A stretch of DNA of 44,072 nucleotides, filler included, from Jimgerdemannia flammicorona (lineage: Eukaryota), in the NCBI GenBank assembly GCA_003990765.1. It is 2 parts of 2 records of this genome, joined end to end, with 100 filler letters (N's around TTAATTAATTAA, not from the genome) between each part and the next. Parts side by side here need not be neighbours in the genome. Positions count along the whole stretch, not along the records: positions 1 to 21,993 come from RBNJ01001352.1; positions 22,094 to 44,072 come from RBNJ01001353.1. One strand, 5' to 3'. The first letter of the stretch is position 1, and each line of letters starts with the position of its first letter. Shown piece after piece: positions 12,635-24,775 of this stretch. The notes below the pieces were generated by a model. It was not told where the DNA came from and did not search any database. It saw only the letters and a list, made by a program, of their open reading frames with translations. Both the position numbers and the translations under genes were made by a program.

Positions 12635-13884
12635 GCTGTTATAATTCACAGACTAGAACCTTGTGGGTGGTTATCATATTTTGCTTCTCTTATATAGGTT
12701 CATAGTACTTCTTGAGTCTGTTCCTATATATTGTGGTAGGCAGTATAGTCCTTGAGAGTTTTCTAAGCCAGAAGGTAGTTTTCTTAATATTTTATACATA
12801 GAAGAGTCCTTCCTATTTGAGCTTCAGTTTTTGTGACCATGAGGCTTCTACCATGTTTTGATACAGTAGGATCTTTTCTCTGATTTGGATGAGTTCTAGG
12901 GTCTTGTAATTCTTCTCTGCATTCTTCCTTATTAGTACTTATAACTTGATGATATAATCTTCAGCCTTCTTTCTGATTTGGTGTAGTCCCTGGATTTCTG
13001 AGTCAACTTGTCTCCAAGTTAGGTCTAGACTTGTGACTGAGGTTCCATCAGAATCTTCTTCTCTAAAGAGCAGTTCTCTTGGGGTAAAGTGTGTACTCTG
13101 TGACCATATATCTTATGGAATAGAGAGGATAGTTGGGAGATAGTTATCCCAATTGTCATATATATCTGAGATCTTTGCCAGGATGTTCTTGAGGGTCTTG
13201 TTAGTTCTCTCTATCTGTCCATTTCCTTGAGGGTGATATGTGGTGGTCTTGATATACTGGATCTTGTATTTTTAATATATTATCTCATAGAATCTATTGA
13301 CAAATTCTGTACTGTAGTCTGTGGTGATTTGCCTTAGTGTCTTATAGTGGCAGATGATTTCTTGATGCAGGAAGTCAGCTATAGAGAGGATATTGACTTC
13401 TTGTAATACTCCTACTTCTATCTATTTGATAAAGAGATCTACAATAACTATAATATAGCAGTTTCCTGATAATATCACTAGTAGCAGTCCAATAATATCT
13501 ATTACAATGGTGGAAGGGGATAGGCTCAATTCTTGATAACCTGGGTATCTGGTCCTGCTGATCTTATTTCTGTTTTTGGCACTTGTCATACCCTTTGACA
13601 AATTGGTGCAAGTCTTCCTCCATCTTAGACCACTATATGATTCTTCTTGATTTATCATATGTGTTGGTTCCTTCTAGGTATTCTTGTTCATGTACTTTCT
13701 TCATTACTTGATACTTCTTGTATTCAGATATTATGAGTTTTCCTCCTTTTTTGAGTGTAGTGTTGTCTAGTTCAAATTATTTCCAAGTCTAGTTGATAAT
13801 AGTAATAGTCTAGGGTTTGAGGTGGTTAGATATCCTCTGCTACCCAAGATAGCTAATTAATCCATAGTATAGCTCCTTATTCAT
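12623..13884 (-). pseudogene. Integrase of element B (separate ORF)
   Basis: Starts MNKELYY. Shows an HHCC remnant, IDIIGLL..IVIVDLF, YHPQGNGQIERTNKTLK and a GPF-like K*EGLFYV..NRLKKY. Confidence 0.9.
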
Positions 13885-15350
13885 ATTGAATAGTCTTGAT
13901 GGGGGTATTTCAGGATGTTCTTGAGAGTGTATCAGTATTGGCATTAGTTCTTCCTAAGTGATACTTAATAGTACAGTTATACTCTTATAGTCTATAGATC
14001 TATCTGGCATATATTCCTTTAGGATTCAGAGTATAGAATAGCCAGGTGAGAGCAGAATGGTCTGTTTGAATAGTGAAGTATTTCCCAGCTAGGTAGTAGT
14101 AGAACTTATCTACTACTCAAACTACTACTAAGTATTCGAGTTTGAATGACTCATAGTTCTGTTCTGCTCTGTAAGTATCTCAGCTTACATAGGAGATAAC
14201 ATATTTATATCTATCTTTCTTCTGAGCTAGGACTGCTCTAAGTCCTATAGCACTTACATCTGTCTGCAGGATGAACTCTAGGTTCTAATCTAGTCTTCTA
14301 AGAATGGTACTTGAGTCAACCTAGTCTTGAGTTTATTGAAGGTTTCTTGGCATTTCTTAGTCTATTTGAATTTGGTCTCCTTCTTCAGTAGCTCATAGAT
14401 GGGTGCTGTAATATTGAAGTATCCTTTGATAAATCTTCTGTAATAGGAGACCAGTCCAAAGAAGGCATAAACTTCTATAGTTGTTCTGGGTCTTGGGTAG
14501 GCTGCAATAGCCGCAATCTTCATGGGGTCTGTGTGAATTTCAGTCTGGTTGATGAGATATCCTAGGTAGGCAATTTCCTGAGCTACAAACTTGTACTTCT
14601 TAGGCTTAATATAGAGGTTATACTCCTTGAGCTTCTTGAGGGCTAGCTGTATATGGTTAATATGTTTTTGTACAGTATTACTGAAGATGATCACATTATC
14701 AATATAGACAAGAGCCATTTTCCAATCTTATTGCTGAAGACTCTGTTCATTATTCATTAAAAACTTACTAGAGCATTACATATTCCAAATAGTATTCATA
14801 GATAGACATAGGTGATATTAGGTATAATGAAGGCTAATTTCTCACTAACATCTTGAGTGAGACCAATCTGATAGAAGCCTGAGAACAGATCCAAGGTAAT
14901 GTAGTATTTGGCTTTACTTTCAAGAGTGGTAAGAATTTTTTGAATATTTGGCAAGAGCTGCCTATTCTTCTTAGTAATTATATTGAGCTTTCTGTAATCA
15001 ATACAGAGTCTTGGGGCAAACTCTCCAGGCTTGCTTCCTTTCTTTGAGGTAAGGACAATAGGTAAAGCCCAGGGGCTGATAGCTTGCTTAATGATTCTAG
15101 CTTCTTCTATTTTCTTGAGTTCTGCTCACAACCATTCTCTGTAGGCAGATGGTATAGGTCTGGCTTTCTGATAGATAGGCTTGGTATTGCCAGTATAAAC
15201 TTCATGATAGTACTTGAGCTCTTAATTGTAGATGTCCTTGAAGTCTGTGGCAAGTACTCCTTTGTTCTGGTATAAGATCTTGAGAAATTGTTCCTCTAGG
15301 GGAAAGTTTTCTCCATTGATATATGTATACTTATTCTGATCCTTGTCTTT
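13877..15350 (-). pseudogene. Reverse transcriptase + RNase H of element B
   Basis: LCIDYRKLN, TLDLFSGFYQI, VYIDNVIIFS (YIDD mutated), FFGLVSYYRRFI, FILQTDVS and QTDHSALTWL. Confidence 0.93.
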
Positions 15351-15389
15351 CTTGTACTAAAGTTCAGTAATCTTGATAGCAGTATAGGC

Positions 15390-15810
15390 TTCTCTTCCAG
15401 TAAATCCAAAGTCTTGTTCTCCTCTTTTGGTCTTAATAAGTTTAATGGCTTCAGTGATCTTGGGCTTCTTAACTTCATAGATCAGCATCTGGTCAATCCT
15501 ATTATACTTCTTAACTTCAAATAGAGTAGTGGGGTTGTAATTCCTAACTATGGGGAAGATCTCACCAGTGTAATCAGAGTCTATTACTCCTCTTTCAACT
15601 GAGATTTTACTTTTAGCTAGACTGCTCTTGGTCTTGATAATTCTAGTATAGTTCTCTAGCAACTTGACTCCAATTCCAGTATCAAGTAGAGTAGTGGTCT
15701 GTGGTTTGAGGGTAGCATCTTGAATACTGGTAAGGTCTATTCTTATGGCTCCTTCAGTCTTATATTCTGGGATCTTAGCTTTGGGGTGAAACTTCTTAAT
15801 CTTGAGAGTG
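15390..15810 (-). pseudogene. dut: Trimeric dUTPase domain between protease and RT
   Basis: All five motifs are recognisable: GAIRIDL, KSSLAK, GVIDSDYTGEI, RIDQM and RGEQDFGFTG. Confidence 0.93.
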
Positions 15811-16149
15811 ATGTCTGGTTCATCATTGCTGTCAGCTTGAAGCTCTGAGAGCTGGTCATCTTCTTCAGCTTCTCTTTTTGCTTCAGCAATTTCTTGTTTA
15901 TACTTTTGTTGGTAGATTTTCCTGACTTTACTGATATAGGACCAGTAGTTATTTAGGTATTTAGAGCAGTACATCCTGGTACCATGGGGGTATCTTCCTT
16001 AAGGAGCATAATTATCAATGATCTTATTATACTACTGCTCATCTGTGAGCTTAGGTGTCTTGCTTTTGTTCTTATATACCAAGTGTATGAAGACTTCTGT
16101 ATCTTCTTCATCTTCTTCCTCTATGTCTGGTAGTACTTCTTTGTGGATA

Positions 16150-17888
16150 TTAATAAAGACTCATACTTTTCTTCCTCTATAGTTGATCTACATCTTCTGA
16201 ATATTGAGGTCAATGATAGTCTTGGCCTTGTGAAGCTATTGATTGCCAATGAGAATATCATAGTTAGTGGTACTTGTAACAATTATATTTATTGAGATGG
16301 TAGCTCCTCCTATCTTGATGGGTATTTCTCAGATTTTGCCTAGGGGGGTAGCTCATATACTATCTGCTATAATATAGACCATCTTGGTAGACTCTTCAAT
16401 ATTCCAGCCTAGGCAGTCAATTGCCTTCTTGCTTATGAGATATCCTCCAGCACCAGTATCAATGATGACATTAAAGATACAATCTTCAATCTGATATAGA
16501 GTATAGGCTGATATCTTGTACTGGTCTTCAGATTCTTCACCTAAGTCTTCAGATTCTTCTTATATATTGTGAGCTTCTACAATCTTGTACTCTTAATTCT
16601 TAGTAGTAGTTGCAAGTCCTACTCTCAACTTCTATCTGAAAGCAGGGACTTCAGCTAGTTGTCCAAAAGTAGCATTGACCTTCTATTTCTTGAGGTCCTT
16701 ATAAATATCATACTAGTGGATCTTAGTCTTGCATACCTTCTGTTTTTTCTTACTTTTACTTTTTCCTGAAACTGGAGTAGTGTCTTTAATAATTTGGTGA
16801 GCAGCTTCATCTAACTCCATGTCTTGATCAATCTCTTCAGATTAGGTCTTGCTTTGGATAATGATAGCTGGAGTCTTCTTTGGTCTTCCAACTGGCTTAC
16901 TGTTGCTCTTCTTATTATAGAGCTTGGACCAGGTTCTGGTACCTTCAGTAATAGGGTAGAATTCAGACTCTTTGTAGTATTCTTCATCATTAATATTACC
17001 AATCTTCTTAATGACTACTATATTGATTTATTCTCTAGTTCTGGTAGTATTACTTGGTTGGGCTTTGTATCTTATTTCAGTTATGCAACTCTTTGCATAG
17101 TGGCCTTCTTCTCTATATCTAAAGTATGTGATATTATATTCTTCTGTAGTAATTACAAATCTCTATACTAGTCTCCTGTTGGTACTTCAGACTTCTCTAA
17201 TAACATCACTAAGGTATATAGTCATCTCAGTAAACTGCTTGGTGAGTTTCTCTACTAGATCAGCTTTGGCTATCTTGGGGGTAGGTGGGGATAGTTGTCT
17301 GTTTACAACTGTGGCAGATATGATACTGGTTGGCTTTGATGGCTCTATCTTAATGCTAGTTATTTTCTTTATTGAGTATTCAGTAGAGTATCTAGCAGTC
17401 CAATATCTCTATATAAAGACCACTTTCTGGTCAAGGGTCAGAGCAGCTAGGGTAGACTGGATTTCTAGGGCAATTTCAGAGTGAACTTCTTTGAGGAAGG
17501 TTGAATTCACTATTTGGTTCTTGAGGCAGTCATAATAGCCAGCTAAGACAATCTGGTAGCAGATTTAGGTATAGAATGAGTTGGAATCTTCACTGAGTCT
17601 CTGGCAGATAGTATTGAGTTGATCCTTGAGAGCTTACTTGATCTCTTTAATATAGTATATAGTTCTGAAGAAGTTCTTCATGTTGGCAAGTTTGGCTGCA
17701 CCAGCATCAGCAATAGTGGCTGCATTGAACTTATCTCTGGCAGATCCTCTGAGGCTAACAGATAGAAGAGCCAATTATGCATCTATATCAAGAACTTATA
17801 TAACAGTAAATTGTTCAAAGTCTTTAATAAAGGTCAGAATTAACTCTTCAGTAGTATATCCATAGAATGTAGAGGGATAAATTTTCAT
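16150..17888 (-). pseudogene. Gag + aspartic protease of element B
   Basis: Zinc knuckle YFRYREEGHYAKSC (CCHC with TGY>TAY) near 17094-17135. Protease VIIDTGAG and ILIGN. The gag ATG is in frame with the dUTPase ORF. Confidence 0.85.
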
Positions 17889-17987
17889 CTTGTTTTGAAT
17901 TCTTGCAGGAGTGACTCTTGTAGTAAGGATGGTTGTTATAGTAGTTGTTCATTTTTCAGCTTGAAAGTAAGGAATTCATCTTGAATT

Positions 17988-18005
17988 ACCAGCCAATGGG
18001 CACCA
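17988..18005 (-). other. Primer-binding site of element B
   Basis: TGGTGCCCATTGGCTGGT starts 3 nt after the LTR-terminal CA. The cognate tRNA was not identified. Confidence 0.8.
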
Positions 18006-18008
18006 AGT

Positions 18009-19593
18009 TGTTACATAGTAGTCACTGAGTCCTTCAAATACATCAGATTCTCTCTAAGGTATATCTCTTAGACTAACCTCAAGTTTGTTATAAGCAAGTT
18101 ATTATTGGAGTATCTTCTTAAGGTCTTATAGTCCTCAAACTTCTTATCTTTAAACTGTCTTATTATCTCTTAGATTGCTTGCATAGAATTGAGGGTAAGT
18201 GAACTAGAACTGAGTTTATTTCAAAGGAAATAAGAGGGGTATTTATACAAAATATAATTCAATAATTACTAAGTTATAAAGCTAAATATAAATTCTAATA
18301 ACTAAATAAAATACTGAAACACAGAAAACTACAGTTGTAAGTACAAGTTCAAGTATCTGTACAAATAGTTACACAAGTTTAGGATGCCAGTAGAATTTCA
18401 GTAGTACAGGAAAAGGATACCAGAAGAATTCTGAGTTATATAAGATCAGAATGTCAGAAGAATTACAGTTATATAGAAAAAAAATGCTGGTAGAATCTGG
18501 TGTTACCAAGAACTTAGAGCAGAAAGTTCAGAACTATGGGGGCTTCATCTTTATTACTATCATTAAGGCCAGAGGTCAGAGATAGGATATCTTTAAAGGA
18601 GATGAGATCTATGAATGTTTCATCTATTTCACATATATTATACAGGATGACATCATCACTGATGATGTCATTATAGGTGATGTCATCTCATTTAGCAGCA
18701 GTGAGAGCTCTCTAATCTATAACATTCTCTTTCACAAAATAAAGAACAAATGTAGGGTCTTAGAGAGGTCTAATCTGGATACTAGAACCTTGGAATACTG
18801 AGATCAATCTCTGTATAAATTGATCTGGGTTGTTCTGGAGGATGGGATACCAGAAGTCTTCTACTTTATAACTATTAAGAGTGATAGTGGACTGAACCTC
18901 TGTAGCCACCATGGCCTCTAGTATATTGGTACAGTGAGCAGACAGTTTCCTGAAGTCTGAGATCCTAGTATACTTCAAGTTGGAGATTGATAGCGCATAC
19001 CAGAAGACCTGATGAATCTTCTTTGTTGTCTTTATTTCACATATATCTATAGAGATAGTATCTTGAATCTCTTGGAGACTGGCCTGAGGGAACTCCTGGC
19101 AGAGAAGGGTTTCTATTTCATACTCCTACTATATTCAGAGATATTCAGTAGCAATAGTGATCTCTGTTTCCATTTTACAGTAGTAGAGGATATAATAATA
19201 AGAGTCACCAGTACCCAGATTGATGCTAGAAGTCCTTATTGTGTAAGTCCTCATGGCTCTTCTGATGTCTTAGAATATTCTTTTCTAGACTGAGGGACCT
19301 TAGTGGTTCCTGAATCTTGAGGTTTAGTGAGCAGCAGGTATTTGTTTGTAGTAAGTCTTTAGAACTATTTCTATAAGCTTTATTTGGGCTGTTGCTACTG
19401 CAGTTTCTTGATCCTTCTTTTATATTCCTCAAGGTTTCTATCTTGTGATCATAATGACTTACAGTTGATCATTATCACTCATCTTGTAGCCTGGGTAAGT
19501 TATACCATATAATCTTCTTGTGCTTCAATCTGGTAGCTTATAAAGAAAGGCTGTCTCCTATGCTGATATCATCATTCTGAGGTCACTATTATA
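18009..19593 (-). repeat. 5' LTR of element B (carries a second copy of the U3 ORF segment, 18688-~19590)
   Basis: Colinear with 10739-12325 and ends TGTAACA on the minus strand. Confidence 0.95.
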
Positions 19594-20804
19594 ATAGATA
19601 ACTTCTTTATTAAATACTATAAATATATTAAATACTTCTTATATATATATTCTCATTATTAAGTTTGTCAAATTTCTCTTAGCTAGTATAGATTTTAGTC
19701 TATATAGTAATAATCTTATTAGTCTTTTTAGCTTAATTCTAAAGAGTATTCAGATTGAAGGTATTCTTGACTAATACTATTAATATATAAGTGATAGAGA
19801 TAATAATTATTCTGACTATAAAGTCTACTCACTTACTATAGATCTAAAAGAGTTTATTATTTAATAATTCTATAGCTTTACTAAAGCTAAAATTAAGCTT
19901 AAGAATCTCTAATTTTATAATAATAGAAAAAAAGATCTAAAAGTATTTACAATAAGACTAAAAACTCTCTTAAATACTATAGAAGTTAAGTATTATTGAT
20001 ATGATCAAATAGTAAATAGAACAAAAGTATTATACTTCTTTAATAATATATTAAATTGATTGTTTGAAAAGATTTATAAGTAAAAAAGACTCTATAATGA
20101 CCTATATAAATAATGATATCTTGAATAAACTGTTACTAGAACTTATATTATCTTAGTAGTTCAAAGATCAAGAGATAACAGAGATAATAACATAGAGGAG
20201 ACAAATGATACTAATTTGAAAAGAAATATAAACTATGAAATAACTCTTAAAAATATAAGAAAAAAAGAGTATATATATTTCTACTATAAGAAGATTAGAT
20301 ATATATCCCACAACTACTTTGATGAAAAAAAAAACAAGACTACTATAAGTAAAGAATTATCCTTTTTATATAATCACTATGATAGAAGATAATTCTAAAA
20401 GAATAATAGAAAAGATTAAGATCAAAAGATTTTATATTAATATTAAGATTTCAGATAAACTATATAAATCTGATACTAGCTAAAATCTATACTTAAGTAT
20501 AAAAATAACTATTAAATCAAACAAATAAATAACTATCAGTATTGATATTAGTATAGAAGTCTCTAAAGAAACCTATATTTATCTTATTGAAAGAAGTAGT
20601 CTAGTTAAAAAAAAAAAGACTCTATATAGCTAGAGGAGTTGTAAACTAAGGTTTTAAAAAAGAAATTAAAATCTTACTATATAATATATAATATAAGCTG
20701 ATTAAAATTATATAGGAAATATATTACCTTATCTATTATTAAAGTCATTTATAATAATTTCAAAGTAAAAGAAATAAATGAGTTATTATTCTCTAATAGA
20801 AGCA

Positions 20805-21244
20805 ATATAATCAAAACTTATAGACTTGAGTAGTAGAGTATTGAAAATCTCCTCCCACCTCATATATAGAGAGAACTAGATCCTACTCACTATTCTGTAC
20901 TTTGAAAGGAGGTTTTCTTTATTTGTTACTCTATTTAGAGTAACAGAGACTATTTTATTTAGCTTAGATATAGTCTTATATATATATTGAGATTTCAGAT
21001 ATATGTCTTCAGTTATTGATATATATAGTTGCTTTCTTTCTAGTAGTAGGGAGAGTATAATATATAGAATGAGATATGAGCTACCATAAGCCCTATTGTA
21101 TCTAATATAGTTAAGCTACTAGATAATAGCTAGCTTGGGTTTAATAGAGGTATAATACTCTTAGAAGGTAGTGGGAGAGAATTTTGACCTATATAGTCTA
21201 GATTTCTTCTATTAAAAATCTGTAGGACTTCAAGTCTATTTAAA

Positions 21245-21254
<10 letters not shown>
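20805..21254 (+). mobile_element. Poly(A)-tailed SINE-like or 5'-truncated non-LTR element, copy 1, followed by (TA)n
   Basis: Homologous to the reverse complement of 22094-22553. Ends CCTATATAGTCTAG..A-tail. Confidence 0.75.
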
Positions 21255-21288
<34 letters not shown>

Positions 21289-21554
21289 ATTATTAAATTT
21301 AAAAATCAAAATAAAGATATTGATATATTAAAATCTCTTCAAATTATACTATTTATAATTACTTCAAATTGATTTAAATTGACTTATTTGAAATACTATA
21401 TATATATTATTAATGAAAAAAGATAAAGATAATAATTTCTCTAAGCTATTAAAGAATAAAGATGATGAGAAAGATAGTCTACCAGAACTATTAAAGAAAT
21501 ATGAAGATACTTTTCAAGAATCTCAAGACTTATTACTTATCTAAGTAGTAAAAT

Positions 21555-21832
21555 ATATAATATCAAACCAAATGAATTAAATTAATTTGAATCAAATTCA
21601 AATTAAATTAAGAGTCCAATTCAATCTCTATTTTTTGAAATATAATAACTCTATAAAAATATATCTAAATTTAATGATATTTAGCTTATTAGATTTCTCT
21701 TATATAGAGGAATCTAACAAGCTAATGATTATTAATTTTTGGATATAGTTTTATAGAGTTATTGTATTTTAAAAAATAGAGTTTAAATCAAATCTTGAAT
21801 CAAATTAGACTTTTGATTCATTGGGAGTACTA
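21555..21832. mobile_element. Foldback/MITE with a ~156-bp near-perfect palindrome (21626-21781)
   Basis: ~75-bp inverted arms around a TATAT loop at 21701-21705. It interrupts the host RT reading frame. Confidence 0.8.
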
Positions 21833-21993
21833 ATTAAAACTATCTCTAGTATAAATTCTCTTTACTATAGAATCTATTGTTCAACTTAGTCTAAGCTTAA
21901 GATCTTTAAGAAATAACTGACAGATCAATTGAATAAATATCTTATATACTCTTTAAAGTTACTATATAGTATACTAATTCTCTTTATTTATAA

Positions 21994-22093
21994 NNNNNNN
22001 NNNNNNNNNNNNNNNNNNNNNNNNNNNNNNNNNNNNNTTAATTAATTAANNNNNNNNNNNNNNNNNNNNNNNNNNNNNNNNNNNNNNNNNNNN
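21994..22093. other. Artificial contig spacer
   Basis: Exactly 44 N + TTAATTAATTAA (stops in all six frames) + 44 N = 100 bp. Confidence 0.95.
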
Positions 22094-23258
22094 TTTAAAT
22101 AGACTTAATATTCTATAGATTTTTATTGGAAGAGAACCTAGACTATATAGGCCAAAACCCTCCCCCACCACTCACTAAGCACTACCCCCTCATTAATCTA
22201 GGCTAGCTATTGTCTAGCAGCTCAACTATATCAGATGTAGCAGGGCTTATATTGGTCTACACCTCATTCTGCATACCATACTCTCCCTACTACCAGGGGG
22301 AACCCAGTCATATGCCAATGACCAAGAGTGCATGCCCAAGACCCTAACATATATACAAGGCTATACCCAAGTTAAATAGAATAGTCTCTATCACCACAAA
22401 GAAAATGACAGGCAAAGAAAAAACCCTCATCAAAGTACAACATAGTGGGTATGGCCTGGTTCTCCCAGTCAAGGTGAGTAAAGAACTTATATGTGAGGTG
22501 GGAGAAGACCCCCAATACCCCACTGCTCAAGTCTGCAGGCCTCGATCACATTATCATATCAGCTCTCAGTTCTAGTTAAGTGTAGCCAAGATACCTAAAA
22601 TGAGTAGCCTTGGGCCCCCCAATAACTGGGGCCCAACTCACCAAATTGCCAAAAGAAGCTGAGAGTGATATCTACCATCTAACCATACTATATCAATCAA
22701 AAGGCCCCACTGAAGCAGCACCTGCCCCAGCCCTAATGATTATCCCCAGTCTAACACTCTACTGGTTCACCATAATTACTCTTCTACCTATCTATAATGG
22801 TCATCTCCTCTTCCATCCTGATAATATCCAAAAAGCTGTCACCTATGCCAGAACTGTGCTCACCAGAAAGCTTGCCAAAGCCAGAGGGCCCCACCACAGA
22901 TACTGAGAACCTACAGGTAATCTATACTGAGCACTTTATGCCCAAGGTCAGCTGACTCCCTATATAGCCTATGACATACTGAGACAGTATCTTGTTGGTG
23001 ACAGCAAAAGGAAGAAGGTGCCACACTAAAACAAATATACTTCAGACTCAGCCAAAGGCATTAGAAACTGCAAAAAAGTGAAGAAGACACTGATCTGACA
23101 CTGATAAAGGGGCAACTCATCACTATTGTCTCCCTCTCACTATCCTGCAATAGGTATAGTAAACCAACCTGAGGTAGAGGGGATAATAATTGTAGAAAGT
23201 AGACTTGGAAGGTCACCTATCAAACTATTGTAACTGGTAAGGTAGTAGAGAAAAAAAA
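22094..23258 (-). mobile_element. SINE-like/non-LTR family, longest copy (~1.16 kb), inserted in a Copia protease
   Basis: 3' end shared with the other three copies. Copia homology stops abruptly at ~23259. The 5' boundary is inferred. Confidence 0.6.
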
Positions 23259-24775
23259 GTATATAGATGATATTATTATCTTCTAACTTAATAGGTATAA
23301 GGTGTTCAAAAGGCTCATATATAGAGAACTATTCTCTGTATAGTATCATATATTATGTGGCTCCAGAATCCATTAATTAGACATCATTGTTATTAGCTAT
23401 ATTGGCAGACTTATTACTGAGTATATGGTTTACATCATTACTACTTTTTATTGAGTAAAAAGTATTTTACTATTGACTGAAATTTGTAGATGATGGGTTA
23501 GTGGATTTGGTAGTAGATCTTATAGTGGCAGAACTGGTATTAAGAGTAGAACTAGTGACTTGTACAAAAAATAGATTATTACTTTCATCAGTTTTAGTAG
23601 TATTTATATTACCACACTTCTCTTGATAGTTCTTTCTACTACTCCTATATTACCAATGCTGGCTTCTATATTGTTGCTTATTTTTACTGCTCTCCTTATT
23701 ATTATCTCAATGATAACAATGATGTTTCCTATATCCATACTTACTACAGTATTCACAGTAGCTATCATACTTGATTGATTGATTAGACTGGTTATTATAT
23801 TGATTTTGGATTTGCATACATTGGTCTTATTGATTGTACTTTTGATCTCATTTGCCACCATGTCCACAATACTCATAGATAGTATTCTTATCAATATTGA
23901 TACTATTTCCTTAGTACATTTTCTCATTTATGAGACTTATTATTACATGAGTATAGTCCAAAAGACTGCCACTCTCATATATAACTGTAATGATAATATT
24001 ATATGTGTCTGGAAGTCCTCTTATAAGTGCTATAACCTTATCTTCATTACTAATATAATCTACAGATATACTGAGAGAATTCACTTGATTCATCAGATCA
24101 TTGATATAATTGGTATATTTGCAGATGCTCTTCTTTGGCTTCATTTAAAAATTGAATAGCTGAGATTTCAGATGGAATTGATTTAATATGGATACTTGTA
24201 TGTAATACTTATATAGGATCTTTCACATATCATGAGCTATTGTAGTGTGCATTATAAGCTTCATTTGTAAGTTTGATAATATAAATATGATCTTACATAA
24301 TACTTGATAATTATTTGTAGGGTCATAATCTTAAATTAGTACTTATAGCTTCATATACTCTATCAGGCTGTATTTATCAAAGAGATTCATTATATGAAAT
24401 ATCCAAATAGTATAGTCTTTCCCATCAAAGAGTGAGATGGACCTCTTGGCTATGATTATACTAATAACTGGGACTATATTTCCTGTATCTGTTGAGATTA
24501 TACCTATGGATAGAATGCTCATAATTAGTATATCTATTTCTATGCTTATATTGCTAGACTGATCTTCTGATATTTTTAGTATATATGTAGCATATTTAAA
24601 GAGTTGTTTTGCTATAGCTGCTTAGTACTAATGGGGCTCATAACCTTTGTTATAAAGAGAGGTATTTTATTGAAGTTATATTGATCATATATTTCTCTAC
24701 ATTACTGATGAATGATATAAATCTGATAGAATAGCATAAGGTCATATACTGGTATATTGAGTTGCCATCTCAATA
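23259..24775 (-). mobile_element. Ty1/Copia relic 1 (5' LTR 24648-24775, PBS, gag, protease)
   Basis: 128-bp TATTGA..TAACA LTR, PBS GGTTATGAGCCC (24634-45), gag IALIRGLPDTY, knuckle CEYCSKYGYRKHHC, protease *LMDSGAT*YM. Confidence 0.85.

Larger units (their letters stand above)
10739..19593 (-). mobile_element. Full-length Ty3/Gypsy element B with dUTPase and ~1.59-kb LTRs
   Basis: Two long direct repeats, PBS, PPT (AGAAGGAAGA, 12326-12335), and gag/PR/dUT/RT/RH/INT motifs in Gypsy order. Probable 4-bp TSD ATAA (10735-38) / ATAG (19594-97). Confidence 0.95.
9907..19790 (-). pseudogene. Very old Gypsy RT relic (9907-10738 + 19594-~19790) interrupted by element B
   Basis: Minus-strand INYYRKF near 10380. 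After removing element B and one 4-bp TSD copy, the junction reads EVFNIF..EVIYIKDIRVV, resembling the YIDD region. Confidence 0.5.
19790..21993 (+). pseudogene. Highly mutated Gypsy gag-PR-RT(N-term) relic with later insertions
   Basis: YFYYKKIRYISHNY (CCHC knuckle) near 20277, IDISIEVS (DTG-like protease), and LPELLKKYEDTFQE..IKTI..LLYSILILFI (RT N-terminus). Confidence 0.6.

Noticed and set aside
20805..22553. Large inverted repeat suggesting a TIR transposon around the gap
   Set aside because: These are two independent poly(A) retroposon copies on opposite sides of an artificial spacer.
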